A stretch of 64,000 nt of DNA from Deltaproteobacteria bacterium (lineage in GTDB: Bacteria; Desulfobacterota; DSM-4660; Desulfatiglandales; HGW-15): the NCBI GenBank assembly GCA_016931115.1, contig JAFGFM010000037.1:27-64026 (forward strand), written 5' to 3'. The translations under genes were made by a program, and so were the position numbers. Positions 37,602 to 45,517 of this stretch are shown piece by piece; the first letter of the stretch is position 1, and each line of letters opens with the position of its first letter. The notes beneath the pieces were generated by a model. That model was given only the letters and a program-made list of their open reading frames with translations. It was not told the origin of the DNA and ran no database searches.

Positions 37602-38977
37602 CCATATCAGGAAATCGCGTACTGATAGTTGATGACGAAGCAAATATGCGGCACATGCTTACCACCATGCTTGGTAAGGGTGGATACATAACTGAGGCGG
37701 CAGGAAACGGAGCAGAGGCATTAACAATAATGGATCAGAATGATTTTGATTTTGTCCTCTGCGATATCAGGATGCCAAAGATGGACGGCATGAGTTTTCT
37801 TGCAGCGGCAAGAGAAAAATATCCTGAAATGACAATAATCATGATGTCTGCATACGGGACCATTGAAACAGCTCTGGAGGCCATGAAAAAGGGGGCATAT
37901 GATTATATTTCAAAACCATTCAAGACAGATGAGGTGCTTCTTGCGCTTAAAAAGGCAAAGGAGCGGGATCAGCTCAAGGAAGAGAACCTCATGCTCCAGG
38001 GCAGGCTTAAAAAACTCGAACAAAAGTATTCCTTCGGCAGTATTGTTGCGGGAAGCGAGTCTATGGCAGGGGTATTTGACCTTGTTGACCGGGTTGCCGA
38101 TTTCAAAACAACAGTCCTTATAACTGGAGAAAGCGGTACAGGCAAGGAGCTCATTGCAAAGGAGATACATTCAAGGGGGAGAAGATCCTCTTTCAATATG
38201 GTGGCAATAAACTGTGCGGGCATACCTGAAACCCTCCTTGAGAGCGAGCTGTTCGGTTACAAAAAAGGGGCCTTTACAGATGCGTCAAGGGATAAACCTG
38301 GCCTTTTTATGAAGGCAAACAAGGGGACAATATTCCTTGATGAGATAGGCGAGATGCCCTTTTCTCTGCAGGCCAAGCTCTTGCGTATCTTACAGGAGGA
38401 GGAGGTTACGCCTTTAGGAGGTACAACGCCTGAAAAGACAGACGCCAGGGTGATTGCCGCCACATCAAAGGATCTTGAGTATGAGGTGAAGGAGGGAAGA
38501 TTCAGGGAAGATTTGTTTTACAGGATAAATGTTATGTCCATTCACCTTCCGCCTTTAAGGGAACGAAGGAGTGATATACCGCTTCTTGTGACTCACTTTG
38601 TTGATATATTTAATAACAAGCTTGGGAAAAAAGTTGAAGGTCTTTCGCAGGAGGCCATGGCACTCCTTATGGGGCACAGCTGGTCAGGGAATATCAGGGA
38701 GCTGGAAAATGTTATAGAAAGGGCAATTATACTTTCAAAGGGTAAACTCTTAACCCCTGCTGAACTTCCGCCTTCCATAACCGCTGGGGGAAATATTCTC
38801 TCTGTAATTGAGCCGGGGGACACCCTGTCTATTAAAAAGGCAACAAGGACACTTGAACAGGATCTTATAGAGAAGGCCCTCAAGCTTACCGGCGGCAACA
38901 AATCAAAGGCCTCCCAGATACTTGAGATAAGCAGACCGATACTGATCGCAAAGATCAAGGAATATGAGATAACCTAG
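37598..38977 (+). CDS. Sigma-54-dependent response regulator (NtrC family)
   Basis: Receiver domain (DIRMPKMDG), AAA+ domain GESGTGKE, GAFTDA (a variant of GAFTGA) and a C-terminal Fis-type HTH. It overlaps the kinase gene by 4 nt. Confidence 0.9.
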   Translation: MTISGNRVLIVDDEANMRHMLTTMLGKGGYITEAAGNGAEALTIMDQNDFDFVLCDIRMPKMDGMSFLAAAREKYPEMTIIMMSAYGTIETALEAMKKGAYDYISKPFKTDEVLLALKKAKERDQLKEENLMLQGRLKKLEQKYSFGSIVAGSESMAGVFDLVDRVADFKTTVLITGESGTGKELIAKEIHSRGRRSSFNMVAINCAGIPETLLESELFGYKKGAFTDASRDKPGLFMKANKGTIFLDEIGEMPFSLQAKLLRILQEEEVTPLGGTTPEKTDARVIAATSKDLEYEVKEGRFREDLFYRINVMSIHLPPLRERRSDIPLLVTHFVDIFNNKLGKKVEGLSQEAMALLMGHSWSGNIRELENVIERAIILSKGKLLTPAELPPSITAGGNILSVIEPGDTLSIKKATRTLEQDLIEKALKLTGGNKSKASQILEISRPILIAKIKEYEIT

Positions 38978-39009
38978 TAGATTATACAATTATTGGGATC
39001 ATACATTTT

Positions 39010-39783
39010 ATGGGTATTAAAAAGATTATTTCGGGCGGTCAGACAGGGGCTGATCAGGCTGCACTTGACGCGGCAATAGAGATGGGAGTCCCGCACGGTG
39101 GCTGGGTCCCGTTAGGCAGGATGACAGAAAACGGCAGGTTATCACCGCGCTATAACATGCAGGAGATAGATGCCATTAATTATGACTTAAGGACAGAGAA
39201 GAATGTTACAGACTCTGACGGCACACTCCTTTTCAGTTCAGGTACGCTTAAGGGTGGCTCTCTCCTTACAAAGAAACTTGCAAGAAAATATCTTAAACCA
39301 TGCCTCCACATAGATATTGAAAAAAAGGATAAGAAAGAGGCGGTTGAGATCATCAGGTCATGGCTCGAGGTGAGAAAGATTGAGGTACTTAATGTGGCAG
39401 GGCCAAGGGCCAGTGAAAGTCCGGTTATCTATGATGCTGTAGCAGGTATCATGAAATCGGTTCTTCACCTCTCTGCTGAAAAGGCAGGGAGATACCCTGT
39501 ATCTGTTATAGAGGCAGTGGATACGCTCATCTCCATGATGACAAAGAAAGAGATGTTTAACATATCAAGGTTTTCTGAAGCAGATATAACTCATCCCTCA
39601 AAAGACCTGATACAGTTTATAACAAAACGATTCGGCCTTGATACAGATAATGAACCCCTCATACAGTCCTGCATGTTTGTAGGAAATGCTGATAAACTTA
39701 ACCCTGAAGGAGCCTCAGCAGTAATAGTAAGGGAATTGTGGCTCAAGCTACATGAAACCCACAGATTAAGGAGGGTGAAATAG
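39010..39783 (+). CDS. SLOG-superfamily 'putative molybdenum carrier' (YpsA-like) protein with an extra C-terminal domain
   Basis: The N-terminus IISGGQTGADQAALDAAIEMGVPHGGWVP is the family signature. An unassigned domain of about 100 aa follows. Confidence 0.6.
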   Translation: MGIKKIISGGQTGADQAALDAAIEMGVPHGGWVPLGRMTENGRLSPRYNMQEIDAINYDLRTEKNVTDSDGTLLFSSGTLKGGSLLTKKLARKYLKPCLHIDIEKKDKKEAVEIIRSWLEVRKIEVLNVAGPRASESPVIYDAVAGIMKSVLHLSAEKAGRYPVSVIEAVDTLISMMTKKEMFNISRFSEADITHPSKDLIQFITKRFGLDTDNEPLIQSCMFVGNADKLNPEGASAVIVRELWLKLHETHRLRRVK

Positions 39784-39843
39784 GCTTTGCATTGATCCGG
39801 CGGGATCGGGCATAGGGATCATCTATCCATCATAAACTATTGC

Positions 39844-39872
39844 TTGACTTTAATACCTTGAGAGAGATAATA
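39844..39872 (+). promoter_or_regulatory. Sigma-70-like promoter (TTGACT-17-ATAATA) with a ~150-nt leader
   Basis: TTGACT at 39844-39849 and ATAATA at 39867-39872, upstream of the 40025 ORF. Confidence 0.4.
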
Positions 39873-40024
39873 CCTCAAATCTTTTCGTTCCTCACAAGTT
39901 TTATCAAAATAGCAAAGTGTTTCAGAACCCGACCCTTTTCAGATTGAAGGTATCAGGGCCGGATTCAAAGGTATATGATGTTTGATTTCAGGATAAACCA
40001 TTTATTAAAAGAGGAAGGATTATT

Positions 40025-40381
40025 ATGAAAAAATTATTATGTGCAATTATGGTGTTTGGTTTTATCTGCTTTTGCGCCTTTGCTTCATACGCTGCGGATT
40101 ATAGCTGCGAAGAGGCTGCAAAACACATTGGTGAAACAGCAACAGTATGTGGCAAGATTGTTGATACCATGCCCTACGAGGGACAGACCCTTCTGGGAAT
40201 GGGCAAGGCTGTTATGGAACCAGGGGCAGTAGGCATTGAAGTTGCTGATGCACTGAAGGAAAAGCTGGATAAAGACCTTTATGTTGGAAAAGAGATCTGT
40301 GTTACAGGCGAAATCCACAAGAACCCCTCAGAGGGAGCCTCAATCACTGTAACAGACGCCGCACAGATCAAGGTGAAGTAG
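40025..40381 (+). CDS. Small secreted protein (OB-fold-like, hypothetical)
   Basis: 118 aa with a signal peptide (..FCAFASYA) and a good SD (GAGGAAGG). Confidence 0.6.
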   Translation: MKKLLCAIMVFGFICFCAFASYAADYSCEEAAKHIGETATVCGKIVDTMPYEGQTLLGMGKAVMEPGAVGIEVADALKEKLDKDLYVGKEICVTGEIHKNPSEGASITVTDAAQIKVK

Positions 40382-40418
40382 ATCACAATTAGCCAAATAG
40401 CTGAAAAAGAGTAATTTT

Positions 40419-40456
40419 GAGTCCATCCGGAAATTTTTTCTGGATGGACTCTTTTC
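40419..40456 (+). terminator. Rho-independent terminator
   Basis: Stem GAGTCCATCC / GGATGGACTC followed by TTTTC. Confidence 0.8.
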
Positions 40457-40553
40457 TAAAGAACATGAGATGAATGAATATTTCAGGTACGATCCCTATT
40501 CCATAAGCTGTTACCTGTAAAACTCCCCAGCTACTCTATGTGTGGTGTGTAAC

Positions 40554-41048
40554 ATGGAAATTCGATCAGCAAATATTGAAGACCTTGAATCGTTGATGGG
40601 TATTACTCAGCGGTGCATTAAAAATCTTGATGGGCAGGGTGTATTTCAATGGGATGAAATATACCCGTCAAAAAAAGATTTTGAGAGTGATATTGCGGTG
40701 AAGTGCCTGTATGTGGTCTATTCAAACCCGGGGAAAAATATTTCAGGGTGCATATGCATTAATGAAACAGAGTATCCAGGTTATGAGAAGACAAACTGGG
40801 CGGGTTCAAAATTTTTTGTCATACATAAAATAATGGTTGATCCGGTATTTGAGAATCAGGGCATTGGAAAAGCCGCAATGTATTTTGCAGAAGAATTTGC
40901 CCGTTCAAAAAGAAAGGACTCTATACGGTTAGATTGCTTTCAGAAGAATCCAAGGGCAAACCGGTTTTATCGGCGTCTTGGATATATGGTAAAGGGTGAA
41001 ACCCTTTTCAGAAAAGGTGTGTTCAATTTGTATGAAAAAATAATTTAA
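40554..41048 (+). CDS. GNAT N-acetyltransferase
   Basis: Motif A QGIGKAAMYFAEEFAR and C-terminal NPRANRFYRRLGY. I prefer ATG 40554 over GTG 40542. Confidence 0.8.
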   Translation: MEIRSANIEDLESLMGITQRCIKNLDGQGVFQWDEIYPSKKDFESDIAVKCLYVVYSNPGKNISGCICINETEYPGYEKTNWAGSKFFVIHKIMVDPVFENQGIGKAAMYFAEEFARSKRKDSIRLDCFQKNPRANRFYRRLGYMVKGETLFRKGVFNLYEKII

Positions 41049-41129
41049 CCACCTCATCTGTTGCGGCCTATACCAGTTAAAAACATTTTTGGGTGATGTT
41101 TAATTGGTGGAGCCTGATCTAATAAATTA

Positions 41130-41642
41130 TTATTCGTCTACTCGCTTTAATGCTTCATCAAGTATCTGCCTGGATAAATAAAGCCCGGCATTTAGAAGTT
41201 CCTCTATAACTGGTCTTGCTTTTGGTATTAAACCCCTTTTTTTGGCAACCAATATCATGCCCAGTGTGCCACGCACTGGAATATTTAAAAGGGCAGCACA
41301 TCTACGCCCGTTTAGATCATCAATAATTGCTTCTATCCCAGGGTTCATGTAAGAATATGCAAGAACAGACGATTCGCCAGAGCCAAGTGCCCACTCTGTA
41401 ATGATCTCTGGAGTTGGGGGTGGAGTTATGATTTCAATCCATGAGGTGTCTTTAAGGGTTTTCGCGGTAATATCTTTAGCCCCTCGCATCCTGATCTCAT
41501 TAGCTACAGGTTCAGGAACGAGGATATGACCTGTTAATTGATGCAGCAACTCCATTTTTTGCCCACGGCTGAAAAATATAAGTGGAGAGGCATTTATGAT
41601 ATATGAATTATCCAAGAGATAGCTCTTTGTCCAGATCATCAA
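41130..41642 (-). CDS. PIN-like nuclease toxin (DUF3368 family)
   Basis: ..IINASPLIFFSRGQKMELLHQL..ILVPEPVANEI.. fits DUF3368. The start could instead be TTG 41615, which gives an 8-nt overlap with the antitoxin stop. Confidence 0.7.
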   Translation of the reverse strand: MMIWTKSYLLDNSYIINASPLIFFSRGQKMELLHQLTGHILVPEPVANEIRMRGAKDITAKTLKDTSWIEIITPPPTPEIITEWALGSGESSVLAYSYMNPGIEAIIDDLNGRRCAALLNIPVRGTLGMILVAKKRGLIPKARPVIEELLNAGLYLSRQILDEALKRVDE

Positions 41643-41859
41643 AATCTATTTGAAAAGAATTTTTGCCCATTTTTGCCAGTGACAGCAGAAAATCGGTACG
41701 TGACAAACCGGCTATTCGCGCTCCTACCTCCTGGCTTACCTTCCCCTGTTCATACCATGAAGCAGCAGCGGCAAGTCTCATTTCTTTTTTAAACTCATCT
41801 GGACTTATCCTCAAAGCGGAAAATACTTTTTCTGGGACATCCATGTTCAATGTCGGCAT
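41608..41859 (-). CDS. UPF0175-family antitoxin
   Basis: 83 aa. ..AASWYEQGKVSQEVGARIAGLSRTDFLLSLAKMG.. is the UPF0175 HTH pattern. It lies upstream of the PIN gene and overlaps it. Confidence 0.7.
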   Translation of the reverse strand: MPTLNMDVPEKVFSALRISPDEFKKEMRLAAAASWYEQGKVSQEVGARIAGLSRTDFLLSLAKMGKNSFQIDFDDLDKELSLG

Positions 41860-41884
41860 AAATATACTCCTTTATTATTTGGCT

Positions 41885-41914
41885 ATATTAGCAGAAATGG
41901 TAATAAATGGACAA
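41885..41914 (-). promoter_or_regulatory. Candidate promoter of the UPF0175/PIN module (TTGTCC-18-TAATAT)
   Basis: The -35 box is at 41909-41914 and the -10 box at 41885-41890 on the minus strand, 25 nt before the SD and ATG. Confidence 0.4.
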
Positions 41915-42180
41915 GAATTTATCAAAAATAATTACTTGGAGCATTCTCTCATCTTGTTTCTAGACAAGGTATAAAACTTTTAGCATATCAAATTTCCGTA
42001 TTGATAGAGTCTTTGCTAAAAAGCATTTCCAGAATAATACCTGAAAATAAGTATAGTAAAGATTTTCTTTGGAAAAGTGTTAAAGGAGCATACACTCTTA
42101 AATCAGATGAAGAAGCGAAAAAAATGGCTGCTGAGATATACCCAGAAACATATAAAGCAATGAAAGCCAGACAAAAATAA
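41897..42180 (+). pseudogene. Possible frameshifted small gene remnant
   Basis: The ATG at 41897 opens a 25-codon frame that ends at 41974. A different reading frame is open from 41932 to the TAA at 42178-42180 (..GIKLLAYQISVLIESLLKSISRIIPENKYSKDFLWKSVKG..) but has no start codon. Confidence 0.25.
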
Positions 42181-42200
42181 ACTCTTAATCAAATACATCA

Positions 42201-42269
42201 CATAACAAATAGCTACACCAGATCCAAGAGGGTTCCTTGCTTGATATGAAAATCATGGCGGGGCTTATG
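42201..42269 (+). repeat. attC-like element (candidate E4), VCR-like left half
   Basis: CATAACAAATAGCTACACCAGATCCAAGAGGG...GGCGGGGCTTATG, starting 20 nt after the remnant ORF stop. L''/L'-like segments GCTACACCAGAT and ATCATGGCGGGGC pair partially. Confidence 0.35.
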
Positions 42270-42398
42270 AGCAAACGGAGTACCGGGGTCGCGTCTTGAC
42301 ATTGGACATTTCTCGAAAATCTTCCTCCACCTAAAAAAAAACAGAGTATGAACCATATAAAAAATAATAGATACCATTGAAAAGGATAATTAGATTAT

Positions 42399-44273
42399 CT
42401 ATCGCTCCTTCAGATAATCATGAATCTCATCATACCTTAAATCATTTTTATCTTTAATAAACGGTATGAGCATAGCCCTGTGGCCGCTACCCATGATCAA
42501 TAACGCACGTTCGCCCGGTTCAACAGTCTTCATTATATTGGCCAGTATATAAAGGTTTCTTTTATACCATGTCTCTGTAAATTCCACGCCGGGGTTTGAT
42601 TCTTCATCCCCCATTTCAAGTATGGTTCCCAGGTACATGCTCCTGTTCCACCTATCACTCTCATCAGTGTTCATCTTAGTCAGGCAATCAAGTATAGTGA
42701 GGGTTTCCAGACCTTTACTTTCCTTTGCTGCAAACGCCTGAACATCCGCGATATATTTATCCAGTTTTTCTTTTTGTCCATGAGTCTCAGCAAATGCCTG
42801 CAATCTTTCAAATGGGAGGTCAAGCCTGTGATCAACCCCATATATCTTTTTATACCCCAGACGTTCTGCAAGCCTGAACCCGAGCTGATGGATTTCATTT
42901 GCAGCCAGTTCGAAATCACCATCCAGGAATTTCCGGTAATCTTTGTTCAACTGCTCATTTTCGTTGTAAGGATATTCAACTAAAATCTTATCGGGTTTGT
43001 ATTTTTCAAGACGAACCAGCACCTCTTCTATCTCTTTTTGTCTTCTTTCTCCTAACATCCCATCAACCTTCATGGATGCAGCATCACCTGGAGAACCTGC
43101 AAAATGAAAAACACCAAGAATAGCAATACTGGCAGGGTTGCGGTTATCAGCCTTACTTTGAACGGAGAGAGCAGCTTGTTCAAATATACTGACCAGTTCC
43201 GGGAATATTGCAGGGAATGCAGGGTATTTCTCCCTTGATGATTCATACTCCTTTAGTTTCAGATACAGTTTTTCTACATATGGGTAGCCCGATTTTATCT
43301 CTCTTTCGAGTGTGTCATTGCCTACCTTTTCACCTAAGACTGTATAAGCAAAGTAGGCGGTGACAGCACGTACAATATGTTCACTCACCCACTCATGAGC
43401 ATAGACATCAAATGTGGCTTTACCTGAGGAGAGAATCTTTTCCTTCATGCCGGGGTTAAGCGCATCTACCACAGGAGATAACCTGTCCATATACTGTTCC
43501 GTAAGGTGATTAATATATGAATGGCTGAATTCATGCCACACTAACCTTCTGAAATTATTTTCATCACCAAATGTAAATTTACCGTTTGAGTATCCCCACG
43601 GCCCGCACAGGTTATAAATGTCATACTTATCATCTTCATAAGCGATCCTTGGGCCGAAACCTCCGGGATGAAAGAATGGGGCAACAATAATCGTATAACT
43701 GTTCTGCGGATAACCATAGAACTCTTCCAGATCATGGATATAATCATGGCTACCCATGACTGCACGGTAATCAGCAAGTATCTCATTGTACTGGGCCTCA
43801 TGCGCCCTGAAAAAGGTCATAAAATCGGTATCACGCGCAAAATCCCTGAGTGAATCGATAAACATCTCCAGTTGCGCCATTCCTCCTGCCCTCTCAATAA
43901 TAAATTCAGAGACAGGGCGTATCTGTTTCAGCTCCGGAGGTTCAGAATAAGACAGGATTGCCTCAGGCGGCTGGCCGTACCAGAATCCCTCTGCACTCAT
44001 TTTATCAAACATCTTTACAGCAGGATGATTCCTGTATTGTGAGAATTGTTGTATTACCTCCTGCTTATAAGGGAAATCAAACCTGGTAAGAACCGGTTGT
44101 CCATTGAACCCGGTATAATCACTCAGATACATAACAACCGAAAGTAGTTCTATGCGGGGATCAACCTTAACTGTCATTCGACCGGTTGAGTTATTTTCAA
44201 GGGCGGAAGCATTTAAACCAACCTGAAAAATAAACAACAGTAAAACAAATAGTAAAAATCTGTATCTTACCAT
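42399..44273 (-). CDS. Secreted DUF4932-like (HEFSH zincin motif) and DUF5694/TraB-ChaN-like fusion protein
   Basis: 624 aa with a signal peptide, HExxH (WHEFSHSYINH) in the N-terminal half, and a C-terminal half (ILGVFHFAG..KPDKILVEY..MGSGH) resembling the TraB/Tiki/ChaN superfamily. Family names are from memory. Confidence 0.5.
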   Translation of the reverse strand: MVRYRFLLFVLLLFIFQVGLNASALENNSTGRMTVKVDPRIELLSVVMYLSDYTGFNGQPVLTRFDFPYKQEVIQQFSQYRNHPAVKMFDKMSAEGFWYGQPPEAILSYSEPPELKQIRPVSEFIIERAGGMAQLEMFIDSLRDFARDTDFMTFFRAHEAQYNEILADYRAVMGSHDYIHDLEEFYGYPQNSYTIIVAPFFHPGGFGPRIAYEDDKYDIYNLCGPWGYSNGKFTFGDENNFRRLVWHEFSHSYINHLTEQYMDRLSPVVDALNPGMKEKILSSGKATFDVYAHEWVSEHIVRAVTAYFAYTVLGEKVGNDTLEREIKSGYPYVEKLYLKLKEYESSREKYPAFPAIFPELVSIFEQAALSVQSKADNRNPASIAILGVFHFAGSPGDAASMKVDGMLGERRQKEIEEVLVRLEKYKPDKILVEYPYNENEQLNKDYRKFLDGDFELAANEIHQLGFRLAERLGYKKIYGVDHRLDLPFERLQAFAETHGQKEKLDKYIADVQAFAAKESKGLETLTILDCLTKMNTDESDRWNRSMYLGTILEMGDEESNPGVEFTETWYKRNLYILANIMKTVEPGERALLIMGSGHRAMLIPFIKDKNDLRYDEIHDYLKER

Positions 44274-44380
44274 TTAAGAGCTCCATTTAAATAATATCTG
44301 GTCTGCATATTTTAAAAGCTTTTATCCTGTGAAAGACCTGATATAACCTTTCTTAATGACCTAAAATATAAACCTGTGGA

Positions 44381-44432
44381 CATAACTTCTGCCTGTATCA
44401 GCATTATCTGTGCCAGAATAAAATATGTTATC
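44381..44432. repeat. attC-like imperfect palindrome (candidate E5)
   Basis: ATAAC (44382-44386) pairs with GTTAT (44427-44431), and TTCTG (44387-44391) pairs with CAGAA (44414-44418). It sits about 105 nt upstream of the 42399-44273 gene. Confidence 0.3.
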
Positions 44433-44676
44433 AAATACAATGAGTTGATTAATTTAAAGGAAAATATAGAAAGAGGTATCTGGAATTTTGAACCAATAAC
44501 TGGTTTTTAAAACCATTTCATAAACAAATAGAAGTAGCATGTCTTAAATATGCCAGCAGAACAAGACGCTTTTACATGTTCATCCTCGTCATATATGCTA
44601 TGGCGGGACAAAAAAACACACCGAATACATGAAAAAGGATATGAAAAAAATTTCGTGTATTTCGTGTGTTTCGTGG

Positions 44677-44958
44677 TTATGACTGAGTTCTTTCTTCTTC
44701 CACCCTCTCATGAAGCCACATGGACATCAACTGGGTAGGAGGAAGCCCTTTTTTTCGGGCAAATCTTTTTATCATTGAAATATCATAGGGATCAATGCGT
44801 AATGATACTGGCTCGCGAGGTGGTCTTACCGCCTTAAACAGTTTAGCTTCACTAAGAAGTTGTTCAGTCTTTTGAGGGTCTTCAAGGCTTATCTCTTTAT
44901 CCAGTTTTTCAGCCTCTTTTTTAAGTTCCTTTAATAGTTTGACAGGCAATTTGCTCAT
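44677..44958 (-). CDS. brnA: BrnA-like antitoxin (CopG/RHH-type C-terminus)
   Basis: 93 aa, downstream of the DUF497 gene with a 4-nt overlap. The C-terminus ..ISMIKRFARKKGLPPTQLMSMWLHERV.. is typical of BrnA. Confidence 0.65.
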   Translation of the reverse strand: MSKLPVKLLKELKKEAEKLDKEISLEDPQKTEQLLSEAKLFKAVRPPREPVSLRIDPYDISMIKRFARKKGLPPTQLMSMWLHERVEEERTQS

Positions 44959-45275
44959 TTTTTAATCCTTTTCAGATATGCTTTTTGTGTCCCTGAAGAC
45001 ATTGGAAAAGCTGTTACACAACGCCATACCCCATAATCAGGATAAGGAGCGATAATTGATTCAATAAATAAACCCGATGCATCTGTTCCCCAAAGTCTGA
45101 ACCTGTATTCTTGAGATTTATTCCCCTTTTTCTTATTTTTTACAGCAAGAGTTGGAAGAGGGCCTTCATTATAATAAACTTCCTCAACCTGTTCGGGAGT
45201 TAACCCATGCAATGCAATATGATCAATATTATTTTCATCCCAGTCGGGTATAAGATTTTTATCAGGTTTCAACAT
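44955..45275 (-). CDS. brnT: BrnT-like (DUF497) ribonuclease toxin
   Basis: 106 aa. ..WDENNIDHIALHGLTPEQVEEV.. fits the DUF497 N-terminal motif, and the toxin-first gene order matches brnTA. Confidence 0.6.
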   Translation of the reverse strand: MLKPDKNLIPDWDENNIDHIALHGLTPEQVEEVYYNEGPLPTLAVKNKKKGNKSQEYRFRLWGTDASGLFIESIIAPYPDYGVWRCVTAFPMSSGTQKAYLKRIKK

Positions 45276-45281
45276 GGCAAA

Positions 45282-45310
45282 ATAGTAGCGTAATTTATTA
45301 ATTACGTCAA
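45282..45310 (-). promoter_or_regulatory. brnTA promoter (TTGACG-17-TACTAT) with an embedded inverted repeat; apparently leaderless
   Basis: The -35 box is at 45305-45310 and the -10 box at 45282-45287. The inverted repeat CGTAAT-N6-ATTACG (45289-45306) lies in the spacer. Only 6 nt separate the -10 box from ATG 45275, and there is no SD. Confidence 0.5.
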
Positions 45311-45517
45311 GATACGGATATTAACACTATTTATCTTTTTACAAATGCTCTTTGAGTTGTTTGATTTATGAGAAATAGCTTTTTATAATATGGTAACTCA
45401 TCTATAACTCCCGGTTTTTATTAATATTGAATTAATATGTTTTTGATTTTTTTTTGATGATAGGGTAGTTTATACGCTCTATTATAAGCTGTCACATTTG
45501 CACAAGGAGATGAGCTG

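Noticed and set aside
39873-40028. A riboswitch (for example c-di-GMP-I) or a 17-codon uORF (39975-40028, MMFDFRINHLLKEEGLL) in the long leader of the 40025 gene.
   Set aside because: I could not match any riboswitch consensus by eye. The uORF has only a weak AAAGG upstream. There is too little support to call either one.
44550-44738. Plus-strand 62-aa ORF.
   Set aside because: It is encoded largely by the TTTCGTGT tandem repeat and overlaps the brnA 3' end in antisense.
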